Below, in pieces: positions 20,601 to 30,605 of a DNA stretch of 64,000 nt. Location: positions 160,001 through 224,000 of the forward strand of contig CAWDTA010000002.1 of the NCBI GenBank assembly GCA_963805085.1. Direction: 5' to 3'. The stretch comes from an uncultured Veillonellaceae bacterium (GTDB taxonomy: Bacteria; Bacillota; Negativicutes; JARBTT01). Below the pieces are notes generated by a model. It made no database searches. It worked only from the letters and a program-made list of their open reading frames with translations, and was not told where the DNA came from. The number at the start of each line of letters is the position of its first letter. The stretch's first letter is position 1. The translations under genes were made by a program, and so were the position numbers.

Positions 20601-21982
20601 GCAATCCCTTGATAAGTCCCGTTGACAATACCCGCATTACCATAGACAGCAGTCATATGATTTAAATCTAAACCTTTTCCGACAATAGCTACATCAGCTT
20701 TTGCATTACCTGAAATCTGCGGAATATAATCACCTAAACTTGTTAAAGAAATATTGTCGGCCTTTGCTTGTAAGTTATATTCTTCAGTAATCGTATTGAT
20801 TTGACCATGAGCATCGACGGTTCCGCCCAGAATTGAAGCCGTAAAATGATCAACAAGCACCATATTGTTAACGAATTTCAATTGTGCTTTTACATTATGA
20901 ATGTCGTAATCATATAAAGTTCCTTCTGCAACATTAAACTCACCACTAATGATTGGTTCACTCATTTTACCGGTAATATTTGCTTTAAAAGCGATCGCAC
21001 CTTTCAGTGGAAAACTAGCTAAAACCTTACTTGCATCAAAACCTTTGGAGCTCACCTGTAAATTTAACACAGGTTCTACAACATCTAAATTAGTTGTACC
21101 TCGCAGGACAATTGGCTGCTCAGCTATCTTACCGCGACTAAATACACGGATTTCTTTCTCATTAAAAAGGATTAAACCGTCAATTTTATCAATGATTGTA
21201 CCTTGCGCCTCTACACTAACGCCCGTAACAACTGTTTCACCATTAAATTCATACTCACCATTTACTTTTAACATAGTAACATCGAATTTCTTCAAATTGC
21301 CTTTTAGCACTTTAATCGCCATTTTTTCTGGTAGAAATTCTAAATAATTTTCTAAATTAAAATCTTCCGCTTTAATACTAAGTGCTTGGTGCTCACCGCC
21401 TATGGTTCCCGAAGTTATTAAACTACCACCTTTGTGCTTTAATGAAATATTTAAAGCAATGGAAGGTTGACTAACAAAATCTAGTGTACCATTAATATCT
21501 TCTAACGTTGCCTCTTTTCCTTCAGCACTGAGATTTGCTGTTGCATTTTTGAGCTCTACTTTTCCTTTAAATTCATTGGAAGCATTTTGTTCACCTGATA
21601 AAAGATCCATATAGTTCCATCTACCATCTTTTTGCTGGACTATATTGACTTCGGAATCATTTACTATCACTTTATCAATCGCCTGAATGACAGATTTATC
21701 TCGTATGATATCAAGTAGGCTAAAAGCCACCTCTACATTTTTTGCAGTTGCTAAAACCTCACCATTCTTAGTATAAATAGTAATTCCATCTGCTGAAATT
21801 TCTGTTGGTGATTTTATCTGTATGGAATTCACTTTTACATCCGTATTTAAAATATTCGTGATTTCAGTTGATAGAACTCCCGCTGTTGTCGTCATAAAAG
21901 ATTGACTTTTTATCCACAATAAGCTAATTCCAACAATCATAATCAGTGTTAATGCAATTATAATCAATGCTTTACGCCACAT
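17696..21982 (-). CDS. tamB: Translocation/assembly module TamB (AsmA-like) protein
   Basis: About 1430-aa beta-rich protein with N-terminal TM and C-terminal SDPEMNEQEILSLL (DUF490-like); upstream of bamA. Confidence 0.88.
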   Translation of the reverse strand: MWRKALIIIALTLIMIVGISLLWIKSQSFMTTTAGVLSTEITNILNTDVKVNSIQIKSPTEISADGITIYTKNGEVLATAKNVEVAFSLLDIIRDKSVIQAIDKVIVNDSEVNIVQQKDGRWNYMDLLSGEQNASNEFKGKVELKNATANLSAEGKEATLEDINGTLDFVSQPSIALNISLKHKGGSLITSGTIGGEHQALSIKAEDFNLENYLEFLPEKMAIKVLKGNLKKFDVTMLKVNGEYEFNGETVVTGVSVEAQGTIIDKIDGLILFNEKEIRVFSRGKIAEQPIVLRGTTNLDVVEPVLNLQVSSKGFDASKVLASFPLKGAIAFKANITGKMSEPIISGEFNVAEGTLYDYDIHNVKAQLKFVNNMVLVDHFTASILGGTVDAHGQINTITEEYNLQAKADNISLTSLGDYIPQISGNAKADVAIVGKGLDLNHMTAVYGNAGIVNGTYQGIAFANMDTSFYKQGEDITVDYLTIGLPQGKITADGSINGNQLAINFYGSAVGLEQLASIDQNLILSGFADFSGQVTGTTNQPQVKSNFSAINGSAFYQPFKVAQGSLSADKNQVNIEKLDLLDGVSKHEISGTIGLTADKSLNIKVSSRQARAENIVKLLLPGEALTGNVDNDVVLTGTLDNINADGQISFNQGSFRGILLTKAQGKYQRKNGQTEIKDFSVSSPSLNVKLKGVLTANEDLDFDIVADDIDVQKLRLQLPYPVSGQAKFIGKLQGNVDAPKFNGQLTADSVAFNGRNLEKVDGKINYGNDVVDLTSFSFNQEKSSFSLSANANIKTKQIQGNLDVKDGQLASILKILNVDQNWIDGTLNGNIHLEGTTDNPKVRLLGNLKEGSLKKYKLDNVDLDVSLDDKVVTITRFNAVQGNGRLVAQGKMDLAGELNVEVAGQNIEAGLLTNLADLDVDTKGVLNFGSQITGMLDNPKADVSIDIQGGGVGTATFDSLYGMFILQDGIINVQQILLNKGQYKASAYGIVPLAAIVKGEREHADVKNQMDLKVSLDQADLSILPLLTKQVDWAIGPTKGGITISGTLDNPLLNGAVTVTNGAVKFKQLAKPVQKMALDIEFLNDKIDLKTFEGVMGNGSYKISGTSRITAQGLVDYNFALNLDKLDIVNKYYTGPLEGMFTLIDDNGVPKIAGNLNFENCTVDIPMIAASETEMPHIRLDVDVNVGKKVRLYNSFLYDIWLEGHANFTGSTLHPRTSGEIHSTRGTISYLKTSFKVREANAYFNQVGSLFPSLHVEADTRLEKTKVYLNVNGPVEAMNFKLTSDPEMNEQEILSLLTLRSHYNSKDNNDSSMGRDELTSMLNIGLQMSFLSEIESILRQAIGVDEFNVVRDTLSASSANNNGSSREVYNVEIGKYINDKTMLTYTAGVDYQAYKLGIRYDFNNRLSLNGDVDQNHNTTIGLEARIKF

Positions 21983-22030
21983 AAATCTATCCTCCAAGTC
22001 AAAATACCTGTAACCATATATCTTACTCTA

Positions 22031-22056
22031 TTTCGACGTCAGCATTCACACTTCCT
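22031..22056 (-). promoter_or_regulatory. Sigma-H-like promoter upstream of tamB
   Basis: acAGGA-N18-GAAA (gtcGAAAT). Confidence 0.4.
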
Positions 22057-22131
22057 GTAGTAAAAATTTACTATTCGAACCAAATGCATACTAGTCTAAA
22101 CAATTGATATTTAAAATTCACTTGGATATAG

Positions 22132-22167
22132 AACGGAGCTGTCACAAAACCTTGTAACAGCTCCGTT
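22132..22167 (-). terminator. Hairpin/terminator after tolC
   Basis: AACGGAGCTGTCACAA...TTGTAACAGCTCCGTT inverted repeat. Confidence 0.6.
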
Positions 22168-22179
22168 ATTAAGAAGAAA

Positions 22180-23475
22180 TTATTTTACTGCAATCCCCAT
22201 TGCTTGGTCTAGAGTTGCTTTACCAGTATTATAGTCATACAGTGCTTTAATATAATCCTTCTGTGCAGACGTTAATGAAACTTGTGCATCAATTACATCA
22301 CTATTCGTTCCTACACCAGAACTATAACGGACTTGCTCGATTTTCAAATCTTCGCGTGCTTTTTCTATGGCTACTTTACTTGTTTGGATCGTTTTTTCCG
22401 CCGTTACGATCGTTAAATATGCTTTGCGGACTTCTAATTGTATAGAATCTTTTGTCTGTTTTGCCGTTTCCTCAGTTTTTAGCAAAGCGGCTTCTGAGCT
22501 TTTAATATTTGACTTCGTGACATTTCCATCAAAAACATTCCAAGTAGTCGTAAGACCAGCAGACCAGCCATTGTCGTCAGTACCAGCAAATTTATCATCA
22601 GCCAAGCTCTTGGTTGCACTAAAAGTAACATATGGCCTTTGGTCACCTTTTGAAATATTTACAGCTTCTTTTTCCATATCAATATTTTTCTGTGCAATCT
22701 TTGCATCAGGACGATTTTCCAAGGCATAAGCAATACAATCCGCTAAAGATATTTCGTATTTTTCATATTTTAATTGATCAAGCGTGGTCACTACCGTATC
22801 TTGTGGCAGACCAACTGCATTATTAAACGTAGCTACCGCTAGGTCATAATCATTTTTTGTTGAAACCAGCGTTTGTTCTGCAGTTACCAAGTTCACTTCA
22901 GAACTAAGGACATCCGACTTTGCTACCGTACCAACTTCATATTGTGCTTGTACGTTTTTTAAATGAGTTTTATAACTTTCTACGGATTCTTCGCTTACTT
23001 TTACAACCTCAGCACATTTTAAAATATCAAAATAATCCGTTGTTACTTCTTCTTTTAATGATTGTTTGGTATCGTCAAGTGTTAAATCGTAAACCTCCGT
23101 ATTTATTTCCGCTTTTTTGATCTTACCTTCTAATGTACCACCACTATAAATTGGTATCGATGCTGTCAGAGCATTCGTAAAATCATTCCCTGTTACATAT
23201 TTCTTATAAGTTGAACTATAAGCCTTACTCCGACTATCTTTATGCGTATAATCAAATGAGAAACTTTTCGCACCTTTTGCTGCAGCTAAATCCCATTTTG
23301 CGCCTTCTTGTTCTGCGCCAACGATTTTAATACTTTGGTTATTATTCAATGCAAGGTCAATGCTTTGTTCCAAGGTCAAATCTACAGCATTTGCAAAAAC
23401 GGTTGCACTGGTGAAACTTAGTAAAGCACCCAACACCATCGCTGTTAACTGTTTATTAAAATTATATTTTATCAT
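22180..23475 (-). CDS. tolC: TolC family outer membrane efflux protein
   Basis: LTLEQSIDLAL, duplicated OEP repeats (QYEVG...DV; RYSSG...DVIDAQ). Confidence 0.93.
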   Translation of the reverse strand: MIKYNFNKQLTAMVLGALLSFTSATVFANAVDLTLEQSIDLALNNNQSIKIVGAEQEGAKWDLAAAKGAKSFSFDYTHKDSRSKAYSSTYKKYVTGNDFTNALTASIPIYSGGTLEGKIKKAEINTEVYDLTLDDTKQSLKEEVTTDYFDILKCAEVVKVSEESVESYKTHLKNVQAQYEVGTVAKSDVLSSEVNLVTAEQTLVSTKNDYDLAVATFNNAVGLPQDTVVTTLDQLKYEKYEISLADCIAYALENRPDAKIAQKNIDMEKEAVNISKGDQRPYVTFSATKSLADDKFAGTDDNGWSAGLTTTWNVFDGNVTKSNIKSSEAALLKTEETAKQTKDSIQLEVRKAYLTIVTAEKTIQTSKVAIEKAREDLKIEQVRYSSGVGTNSDVIDAQVSLTSAQKDYIKALYDYNTGKATLDQAMGIAVK

Positions 23476-23573
23476 TTCTAATTTTCCTCCTACTTTTAGA
23501 GTTTTGACTATGCAGTCAAAAACTACACTTCATTATATTATTTATCAAATTTAGTGTCAAGAACAATCCATTT

Positions 23574-24845
23574 TTAAAACGAATGACGCATACCTACAAA
23601 AGACTCTCGCCCCTCACTTTTATTGATACTATCGGTTTCTCCCACAATAAAAGTTTCTGGGGCAACTTCATATTGCGCTCTGAGTTTTACTCTTAAATCA
23701 TTTGGATCGTAAGCATCGACTGACATGCGAAATTCATTGTTTATTTTTGCATCCAAACCGACACCAGCTTTACTATCAATAAGCCCAACCCTACTTGCAA
23801 ATTTATCACTACCAGAACCAATTTGTACATTTGTTTTATTTCCTTCACCGATATCATTTACTCCTAATAAAACAAAGTCATTCGGTGAAGTATGGATTTT
23901 GATATCAGCATTGGTCTTATAATCCTCTGAACTTGCACTATAGAGTGTTTCTACACTGGTTTCTGCTTTGATATTCGACACCTGGTTCATCATACGATTG
24001 GCCTTTTCACTAACACCGCGTGCATTACGAAGCGTAGTTTTTAAATTTTCTGCGGTTTCTGGATCAGTCACAAAACCTTCAATTGAAACGGCCATATTTT
24101 CTACGCGTTTACTGGTAGCATTCAAATTTGCAATTGCTTCTCGCAAATCCGTCGCCGTTTGGCCATTGTTATCTACTGTAGCAAGCATATGGTCAACACG
24201 GCCAGCGGCATTCATCATACTACCCGACATAAATTTCAGATTCGTCACCATCGCCTTTACATCTTGTTCATTATTGACTGCCATCCGTGCCATGACAGCG
24301 CTCATTCGATTTAAATTCTCAGTAAGTTCTTTTACACTCACAGCAGAATCAATCAGTGCATTTTGTACACGTTCATCACCAAAGACTGTATTTAATGATT
24401 GCACTAATTTTTGGATGTCCAGCAGTACACTATCCGCTGTCACCAATAAGCGATCTATGCCTTGCTGATCTCTTCCAGTAATAGCATCGCCAGGTTTTAA
24501 AAATCCCTTTGTTTCAGCACCTGGAGATATACTGATATATTTTTCTCCCATTAATCCGTCTGCACCAATCCCAACAATTGCAGTATCGGGGATTTTAACC
24601 CCAGGATTGATTAGAAGTCTGACTTTAGCTCCATCAGGTTCTGCATGAACGTCATCTACTTTGCCAATATCTACACCAGCATAACGAACAAGATTACCAG
24701 GTTTCAATCCATTGACTTCATTAAATAGAACATCAACAGGATAGCCTTTATCACCAACACCAATTCCACCGAGATGAACGATGATATAGGTTAACAGAGC
24801 CAATCCTAAGATTGTAAATGCGCCTACTTTAGCTTCTGTTGTCAT
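23574..24845 (-). CDS. mlaD: MCE/MlaD family lipid transport protein
   Basis: GLKPGNLVRYAGVDIGKV, GLMGEKYISI, long helical stalk. Confidence 0.9.
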   Translation of the reverse strand: MTTEAKVGAFTILGLALLTYIIVHLGGIGVGDKGYPVDVLFNEVNGLKPGNLVRYAGVDIGKVDDVHAEPDGAKVRLLINPGVKIPDTAIVGIGADGLMGEKYISISPGAETKGFLKPGDAITGRDQQGIDRLLVTADSVLLDIQKLVQSLNTVFGDERVQNALIDSAVSVKELTENLNRMSAVMARMAVNNEQDVKAMVTNLKFMSGSMMNAAGRVDHMLATVDNNGQTATDLREAIANLNATSKRVENMAVSIEGFVTDPETAENLKTTLRNARGVSEKANRMMNQVSNIKAETSVETLYSASSEDYKTNADIKIHTSPNDFVLLGVNDIGEGNKTNVQIGSGSDKFASRVGLIDSKAGVGLDAKINNEFRMSVDAYDPNDLRVKLRAQYEVAPETFIVGETDSINKSEGRESFVGMRHSF

Positions 24846-25591
24846 CTATGAACCTCCTTTGTCATACCTTTGGAGCCATTAATAAAATCTTGCACAACTG
24901 AATTATTAGAATTTTTGATATCCTCAACATTGCCAATCTGAGTAATTTCTCCCTCATGAATCATGGCAATACGATCAGCAATCGCAAAGGCACTTTCCAT
25001 ATGGTGCGTTACCACGACCGAGGTGACCCCTAATACTTTTTGCATGCTTACAATCAAACTATCAATCTTCGCTGTCATAATAGGATCCAGTCCAGCACTT
25101 GGCTCGTCATACAAAACAATGTCGGGTTCAAAGGCGATTGCTCTAGCTAAGCTTACCCGTTTTTTCATACCACCGGAGAGTTCATTGGGTAGATGATGTT
25201 CATAGCCTTCTAAATCAACTAATTTTAACTTTTCTTGGACCTTTTTATTTATTTCAGACTCACTTAATTTGGTATGTTCACGAAGACCAAACGCTACATT
25301 GTCACCAACGCTCATCGAATCAAACAACGCCGAATACTGAAATACCATTCCCATCTGAAGTCTAATTTTATCTAACTGGTCTTCACGTAATTTTGATATT
25401 TCAGTCCCCGCTACCCAAATTTGACCACTCGTCGGGCGAAGCAAGCCAATCATCAACCGTAATAACGTGCTCTTACCAGAGCCACTTGCACCGATAATGG
25501 CAAGTACTTCACCCTTTTTCACTTCTAAATTAATATTTTTTAGTATTTTTTCTTTTTTGAACTCCATATGTACATTCACTAATTTAATCAC
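24842..25591 (-). CDS. mlaF: MlaF ABC ATPase
   Basis: GASGSGKS, FQYSALFDS, LSGGMKKRV; lies between mlaE and mlaD. Confidence 0.92.
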   Translation of the reverse strand: MIKLVNVHMEFKKEKILKNINLEVKKGEVLAIIGASGSGKSTLLRLMIGLLRPTSGQIWVAGTEISKLREDQLDKIRLQMGMVFQYSALFDSMSVGDNVAFGLREHTKLSESEINKKVQEKLKLVDLEGYEHHLPNELSGGMKKRVSLARAIAFEPDIVLYDEPSAGLDPIMTAKIDSLIVSMQKVLGVTSVVVTHHMESAFAIADRIAMIHEGEITQIGNVEDIKNSNNSVVQDFINGSKGMTKEVHR

Positions 25592-25603
25592 ACCAACACA
25601 CCT

Positions 25604-26377
25604 CTAGCGATACAAAATCAAGGATAGAAAACAATTTAAAATAAAAATAATAATAATTGAACTAACTACCGATCCTGTTGTCGCTTTCCCTACTCCAACT
25701 GCTCCATTTCGTGCATTCAATCCTTGATAGCACCCAATAATTGCAATAATTGCCCCAAAAAAGACTGATTTTATTACACCACCAGTAACATCATGCACGA
25801 CCATAAAATTATTTATCGACTGCATATAGGTTACCGAGTTAATCCCAGAATAAAAAGTAGCAACCAAATAACCACCAAAAGTACCAATAACATCGGCAAA
25901 TACAACCAATAACGGCAACGTAATCATACAAGCAATTAGCCTTGGTACAACCAAATAACCAACTGGATTGGTTGCCATAACCTTTAAAGCATCAATTTGT
26001 TCTGTTACTTTCATCGTGCTAATTTCTGCTGTAATAGCAGCACCAACACGCCCAGCAGCCACAACTCCAGTTAAGACCGGAGCAAGCTCACGTGCCATAG
26101 AAATTGCCACGATGCCACCAACCGTAGATTGCGCGCCATATTTGATAAATTCATGCGCCGTTTGCAAGGTAATAACCATCCCTGTAAATAGAATGGTAAG
26201 TGTTACAATCGGTAATGAATCAACACCTAAATGTGACATTTGCACGATGATGTGTTTTATATTAGGCGGATGTTTTAATTGGCAAATTGTTTCATAAATA
26301 AGCATCATCACTGCACCGAAGTCTTCAAGAAAACTTAGTACACCGCGGCCAATTTTTTCCAGGTAACCAACCATCAT
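25604..26377 (-). CDS. mlaE: MlaE ABC permease
   Basis: RELAPVLT, MKVTEQIDAL, VGKATT; start moved to ATG at 26377. Confidence 0.95.
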   Translation of the reverse strand: MMVGYLEKIGRGVLSFLEDFGAVMMLIYETICQLKHPPNIKHIIVQMSHLGVDSLPIVTLTILFTGMVITLQTAHEFIKYGAQSTVGGIVAISMARELAPVLTGVVAAGRVGAAITAEISTMKVTEQIDALKVMATNPVGYLVVPRLIACMITLPLLVVFADVIGTFGGYLVATFYSGINSVTYMQSINNFMVVHDVTGGVIKSVFFGAIIAIIGCYQGLNARNGAVGVGKATTGSVVSSIIIIFILNCFLSLILYR

Positions 26378-26450
26378 TGCATTTTCCCCCATATATATAA
26401 ATACTAAGATATACAATAGTACATATTAGTTTACTATTTTTTAGAATTAT

Positions 26451-26475
26451 ATTCAATACTTTTCGTCAATTCCCT
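26451..26475 (-). promoter_or_regulatory. Sigma-H-like promoter upstream of mlaE
   Basis: gcAGGG-N17-GAAT. Confidence 0.45.
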
Positions 26476-26509
26476 GCAATTTTCGTTAGTTTTATTTGTT
26501 TTAAACCAA

Positions 26510-26543
26510 GAAACAGCTATCACAATTTTGTAATAGCTGTTTC
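26510..26543 (-). terminator. Hairpin/terminator after the S55 peptidase gene
   Basis: GAAACAGCTATCACAA-TT-TTGTAATAGCTGTTTC. Confidence 0.6.
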
Positions 26544-26546
26544 CTC

Positions 26547-28346
26547 TTATTTTACTGGTTCAACATTAATTGACGTTTGTATAACGTTATCAATAATATA
26601 ATCCGTAGCAAATTTTGTATTGTTTGGTTCTTCCTCTGGTTTGTTTTTTACCGTTTTATTATTTTCTTTAGATTCCTTGTTACCTTTAGTAGTTTTTTTG
26701 ACTACTGATGCTTTTTGTGGTGCTACTTGATTTGCTTCATCAACCGGCATAGCAATTGGATCAATAACGATTTCATTATTTTTATTGGTATCTAAAAATT
26801 CTTTGATAATCATATCCAATGTTTTCGTCTTGTCTTCCTGTGCACTAAGATCAATTCCTTGTTGTTGCATTAATAACTGTGTTACAGAAACCAAACCACC
26901 ACCACGTACTTCTAGCATAGTTGCACCCGGCGCTTGATGCTTGGGTACTGTATAGGGAATTTTAAGGATTACTTCATTGTCCCGATATGGTTTTAGTTTT
27001 ACTGCAATATCTACCTTTTCGCCAGCTTTCACACTGGGCTTTTCGGGAATCGCTTCGATAAGCGAAGCAGTTTTTCTTGTTTGATCCACATCGACGTTTA
27101 CTTTTACACTAAAAATATCAGTTTCGTTTTGGTTATTACCACATAAGATATCCAGCGCTTGAAATACCTCTCCAATTGCTAATTTACCAACATCTTGCGG
27201 ATTATAATACATATTATCACGTTTTAAAATGCCACCTGAACCAGCATTGGACATGATTTCAAAACTTACTTTTGCCGTACCTTCACCAGTACGATCTATC
27301 GTCTGATCAATACTATTATAAACCATCGTTGCTGCTAAAGTTGCCGCTAACTCTTCGTCATAAGCAATTTGCATTGAATAACTTTTTGTCGTATTAAACT
27401 GTTTATCTGTTACATTAACTTGAAGCGGAATCACACTTGGATACCTACCAAGCACACCAGAAATTGCTGCAGTTCGATCTTGGGTTACAACGCCGACCAA
27501 ATTGCCAGGAACACCGATTTTAAACCCAGCGTTTAAGCCACTGGCAGTACTAATAATATTAGCATCGGTCATAAAGTAATTCACATTACCTTTGCGTAAG
27601 AAAGGATGTCCAAACGCTAACACTTTTCCATCCTCCACCGCTGTTACTGTGCCAATTGCCGCTAAACTAAAATCACCGCGAACTAATTGAGCGCCAATCG
27701 AACTCCCAGGTTCAATGGTAACTGGCGCAAAATCACCGTTCACACCACTTGACGCATACGGCACCATATTAAATGGTTGCAATTTTTCTGTTAGCATATG
27801 AAATGCTGCATCACTAAAACCAGCTGCCATTAACGGTGTAGCAAGTTCTTTTCCTATTTCTTTAGGTTTAGTTTCTATTTGTTGATCTGGTTTAACTGCT
27901 GCTTTTAAATCTACTTGCTTAATTTTTTGATCTTTCTTTAAATCTGGCATATCCCATAGTTTTAACATATCAGCAATCGGTGTAATAATACATGTTCTGC
28001 TATCAATGTCTTTCCAGCCGCCAGATACTGCCCCGACAAGCTTGCCGTCAATATAAACTGGGCTGCCACTCATTCCTTGCAATACTCCACCAGTTTTATC
28101 AATCACTGGGCCAGACGCTTTTGCTAAAATTCTGCCATCACTATTGATTCCTTCTTTCACCACACCTAAGATTTCAATATCAAACGTATCAATAGTGGTT
28201 CCTTGAATCACTGTTTTAGCAACGCCTTGCATGCCTGGTTGCAATTGATCGGTTGTCATAATGTCCGGTGTTGCACTTACCTTGCTCATTGGTAGTAATA
28301 AAACTACTAGAAGCATAAACAAACTTCTTTTTAGCCATTGCAACAA
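26547..28346 (-). CDS. SpoIVB-like peptidase S55 domain protein (exported)
   Basis: GGVLQGMSGSPVYIDGKLVGAVS and LAFGHPF. Confidence 0.9.
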   Translation of the reverse strand: MLQWLKRSLFMLLVVLLLPMSKVSATPDIMTTDQLQPGMQGVAKTVIQGTTIDTFDIEILGVVKEGINSDGRILAKASGPVIDKTGGVLQGMSGSPVYIDGKLVGAVSGGWKDIDSRTCIITPIADMLKLWDMPDLKKDQKIKQVDLKAAVKPDQQIETKPKEIGKELATPLMAAGFSDAAFHMLTEKLQPFNMVPYASSGVNGDFAPVTIEPGSSIGAQLVRGDFSLAAIGTVTAVEDGKVLAFGHPFLRKGNVNYFMTDANIISTASGLNAGFKIGVPGNLVGVVTQDRTAAISGVLGRYPSVIPLQVNVTDKQFNTTKSYSMQIAYDEELAATLAATMVYNSIDQTIDRTGEGTAKVSFEIMSNAGSGGILKRDNMYYNPQDVGKLAIGEVFQALDILCGNNQNETDIFSVKVNVDVDQTRKTASLIEAIPEKPSVKAGEKVDIAVKLKPYRDNEVILKIPYTVPKHQAPGATMLEVRGGGLVSVTQLLMQQQGIDLSAQEDKTKTLDMIIKEFLDTNKNNEIVIDPIAMPVDEANQVAPQKASVVKKTTKGNKESKENNKTVKNKPEEEPNNTKFATDYIIDNVIQTSINVEPVK

Positions 28347-28361
28347 AAATTCATCCTCTCT

Positions 28362-28661
28362 CTATTGCGCCTCAATACGAGCGACAACATCACCACTATT
28401 TATTTTGCTTCCCTTTTGGACTGTCACTTCTTTCACAACACCTGCAGTCGTTGCCCTAGCAGCTGTAGCTGAACCAGCAATTGTTGTTACTCTCACAAGT
28501 TCTGTACCTTCATTAACACTTGTCCCAACCGCTACAGTTGATACCACCGTGCCCGATAACACAGAATGTTGCTCTATTAAAGAACTGGCTGTTACCGTCC
28601 AAACACCAGTAACTGTTAGTAGTAATACCACTAGGATGATTAACGCTTTTTTATGGAGCAT
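28362..28661 (-). CDS. Exported biotinyl/lipoyl-like (barrel-sandwich hybrid) protein without the attachment lysine
   Basis: SGTVVS..VAVGTSVNEG...AGVVKEVTVQKG; start moved to ATG at 28661 after AAGGGGG. Confidence 0.7.
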   Translation of the reverse strand: MLHKKALIILVVLLLTVTGVWTVTASSLIEQHSVLSGTVVSTVAVGTSVNEGTELVRVTTIAGSATAARATTAGVVKEVTVQKGSKINSGDVVARIEAQ

Positions 28662-28737
28662 TAAAACTACCCCCTTACTTTCATCATATTCTACCTCAAT
28701 TATAACCGATTGCAACTAAATAGCAAATACCTGATTA

Positions 28738-30144
28738 CTATTTTGATAAAACTACCAATGCGGCGCCAACCTTACGTTCGCTACCATCTGATGGTCTATT
28801 TGCAACTTCATTTTTTATAACCATTTCGCTTGATCCGCCGCCGTCAAAGTTGACTGCGTCTACTGCACCCATTTCTTGCATAAGTACTGCCATCTCTGAC
28901 AAAGTACAACCAATACTATTTGTTTGCCTACCATCCACGACCGCTAAAATAACATGACTATCTTTGGTAATACCAACAGCAGTACGTGGCGCTCTACCAC
29001 TGGCAACGTCTGGTCCAAATTCTTCTTCTTTGGTAGTTAAATATACACTATTATTTTTTAATAACAGTGGACCAACTCCCATGATCTGTGGCACTTGATT
29101 CCAATTTTGGCCCAAATTTTCGCTAACCGTAAGTTTATCGCCAATTTTTACATTTGCTAATTTATCCTTGCTCGTACCATGCGCTGATACGACAATCGTG
29201 CCTGCATCTATTGGTGAATCATTTTGATTGATCGCTATCACTATACCATTTTTAACAACATATTCTATGCCATACTCATTGGTTTTTGTACTGCTATCAA
29301 AGTAAGGATTATATAGAACTAAATTATTCTCACCGCGTTCACAATTTACTCCCGATATTGGTATAGACATCCCATTTGCTAAAGTAACAACACCAGAATA
29401 GTCTACCTGCCCAATCATCGGTTTGCCATTGGTCTGAATACCAAAAGCACCACGCGCCAAATACGTCGTACTAACGATGGTATTATCAATCTTCGTTAAA
29501 CCAAGAATCTCTCCACTCGGAGCAAAATAAGAAGCATTGATCGCCGCCAAAGCATTATTATGTAGCGCCATTGAACTCAAAGACTCACGACCGGCAATGA
29601 CATCATTGGCAAGGACAGGACGAAGCTGAAAATTTGCTTTACCATCAATATCTAAAAAATTTGCTGTAAGCATTCCTTTTTCATTGCTTCGCACCAAAGT
29701 AATATGTTTTATTCCAGGCGCAACTTCATCTACTAACTTTTGATCAGAATTTTTAATGATATCAATATAGAATCGATTGGGGTTTGCCAATTTATTTACC
29801 TTATAAACGGCATTACGACTTAAAGTAATTGTCGTGCGCAAGGTATCTTTGTTAATCGCAGCAAAAGTAACACTTTGAACCAAATCATCATCTATTGCTA
29901 AGTTTTCTAACGAAGTATTATTTACTGTATTTGGCATATCGATAATGATACTTACGCCATTATTGGTCGTACTTACATTATATGTCGGCACAGCATCGAT
30001 ATCAAAAACGATCCTGACAGCTTCGGCTTTTTGACTAAAACGTATTCCTGTAATATTACTTTGCAAGCCCGCTGCAAAAGCAATCTGCGAAATTAATAAT
30101 AACATAATGACAAACGCAACGATGCGTTTACTGAAGAAATTCAT
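28738..30144 (-). CDS. AMIN-domain phosphodiester glycosidase (NAGPA-like) family protein
   Basis: AAINASYF, APRTAVG, VVDGRQ, NFDGGGSS; N-terminal RIVFD...NPNRFYIDI. Confidence 0.88.
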   Translation of the reverse strand: MNFFSKRIVAFVIMLLLISQIAFAAGLQSNITGIRFSQKAEAVRIVFDIDAVPTYNVSTTNNGVSIIIDMPNTVNNTSLENLAIDDDLVQSVTFAAINKDTLRTTITLSRNAVYKVNKLANPNRFYIDIIKNSDQKLVDEVAPGIKHITLVRSNEKGMLTANFLDIDGKANFQLRPVLANDVIAGRESLSSMALHNNALAAINASYFAPSGEILGLTKIDNTIVSTTYLARGAFGIQTNGKPMIGQVDYSGVVTLANGMSIPISGVNCERGENNLVLYNPYFDSSTKTNEYGIEYVVKNGIVIAINQNDSPIDAGTIVVSAHGTSKDKLANVKIGDKLTVSENLGQNWNQVPQIMGVGPLLLKNNSVYLTTKEEEFGPDVASGRAPRTAVGITKDSHVILAVVDGRQTNSIGCTLSEMAVLMQEMGAVDAVNFDGGGSSEMVIKNEVANRPSDGSERKVGAALVVLSK

Positions 30145-30222
30145 AAAAATCTACACTTCCTGTTATTCAATATAATTACAATAGATAAAAGCCAGGCTAC
30201 GCTGAGCCTGGCAATTATTTCA

Positions 30223-30588
30223 TTACTTCTTGTTACTCATAGACAACTGTTTATAAATCATATTGGCAATTCCAATACCGCCTGCATTTGCCATGTTTTT
30301 CGTTAACTCTGTATCAAGCATCGATTGCATGATTTTTTCGCCACTTGATGATCCATATAAAGTATTTTCAGGTACTGTCTCACGCATTTGAGTATACATA
30401 TAATTCAAAAACATCGATTCAAAATCTTTACAGGTTGCTTTTAATTTTGCATCATCTTTTGCTGTATTTGCAACCTTTCCAGTCTTGGTCGCTTGTTCCA
30501 ATTCCTTGGAAAAAGTTCCATCGGCACTATTTTTTGCCGCAGAATATTGACTTATGATACTATCTGAAGAAATCCCATCAATTTGCAT
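30223..30588 (-). CDS. flgJ: Flagellar rod-binding protein (short FlgJ)
   Basis: CKDFESMF...MRETV...GGIGIANMIYKQL. Confidence 0.88.
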   Translation of the reverse strand: MQIDGISSDSIISQYSAAKNSADGTFSKELEQATKTGKVANTAKDDAKLKATCKDFESMFLNYMYTQMRETVPENTLYGSSSGEKIMQSMLDTELTKNMANAGGIGIANMIYKQLSMSNKK

Positions 30589-30605
30589 ATCATTTTCACC
30601 TACAT

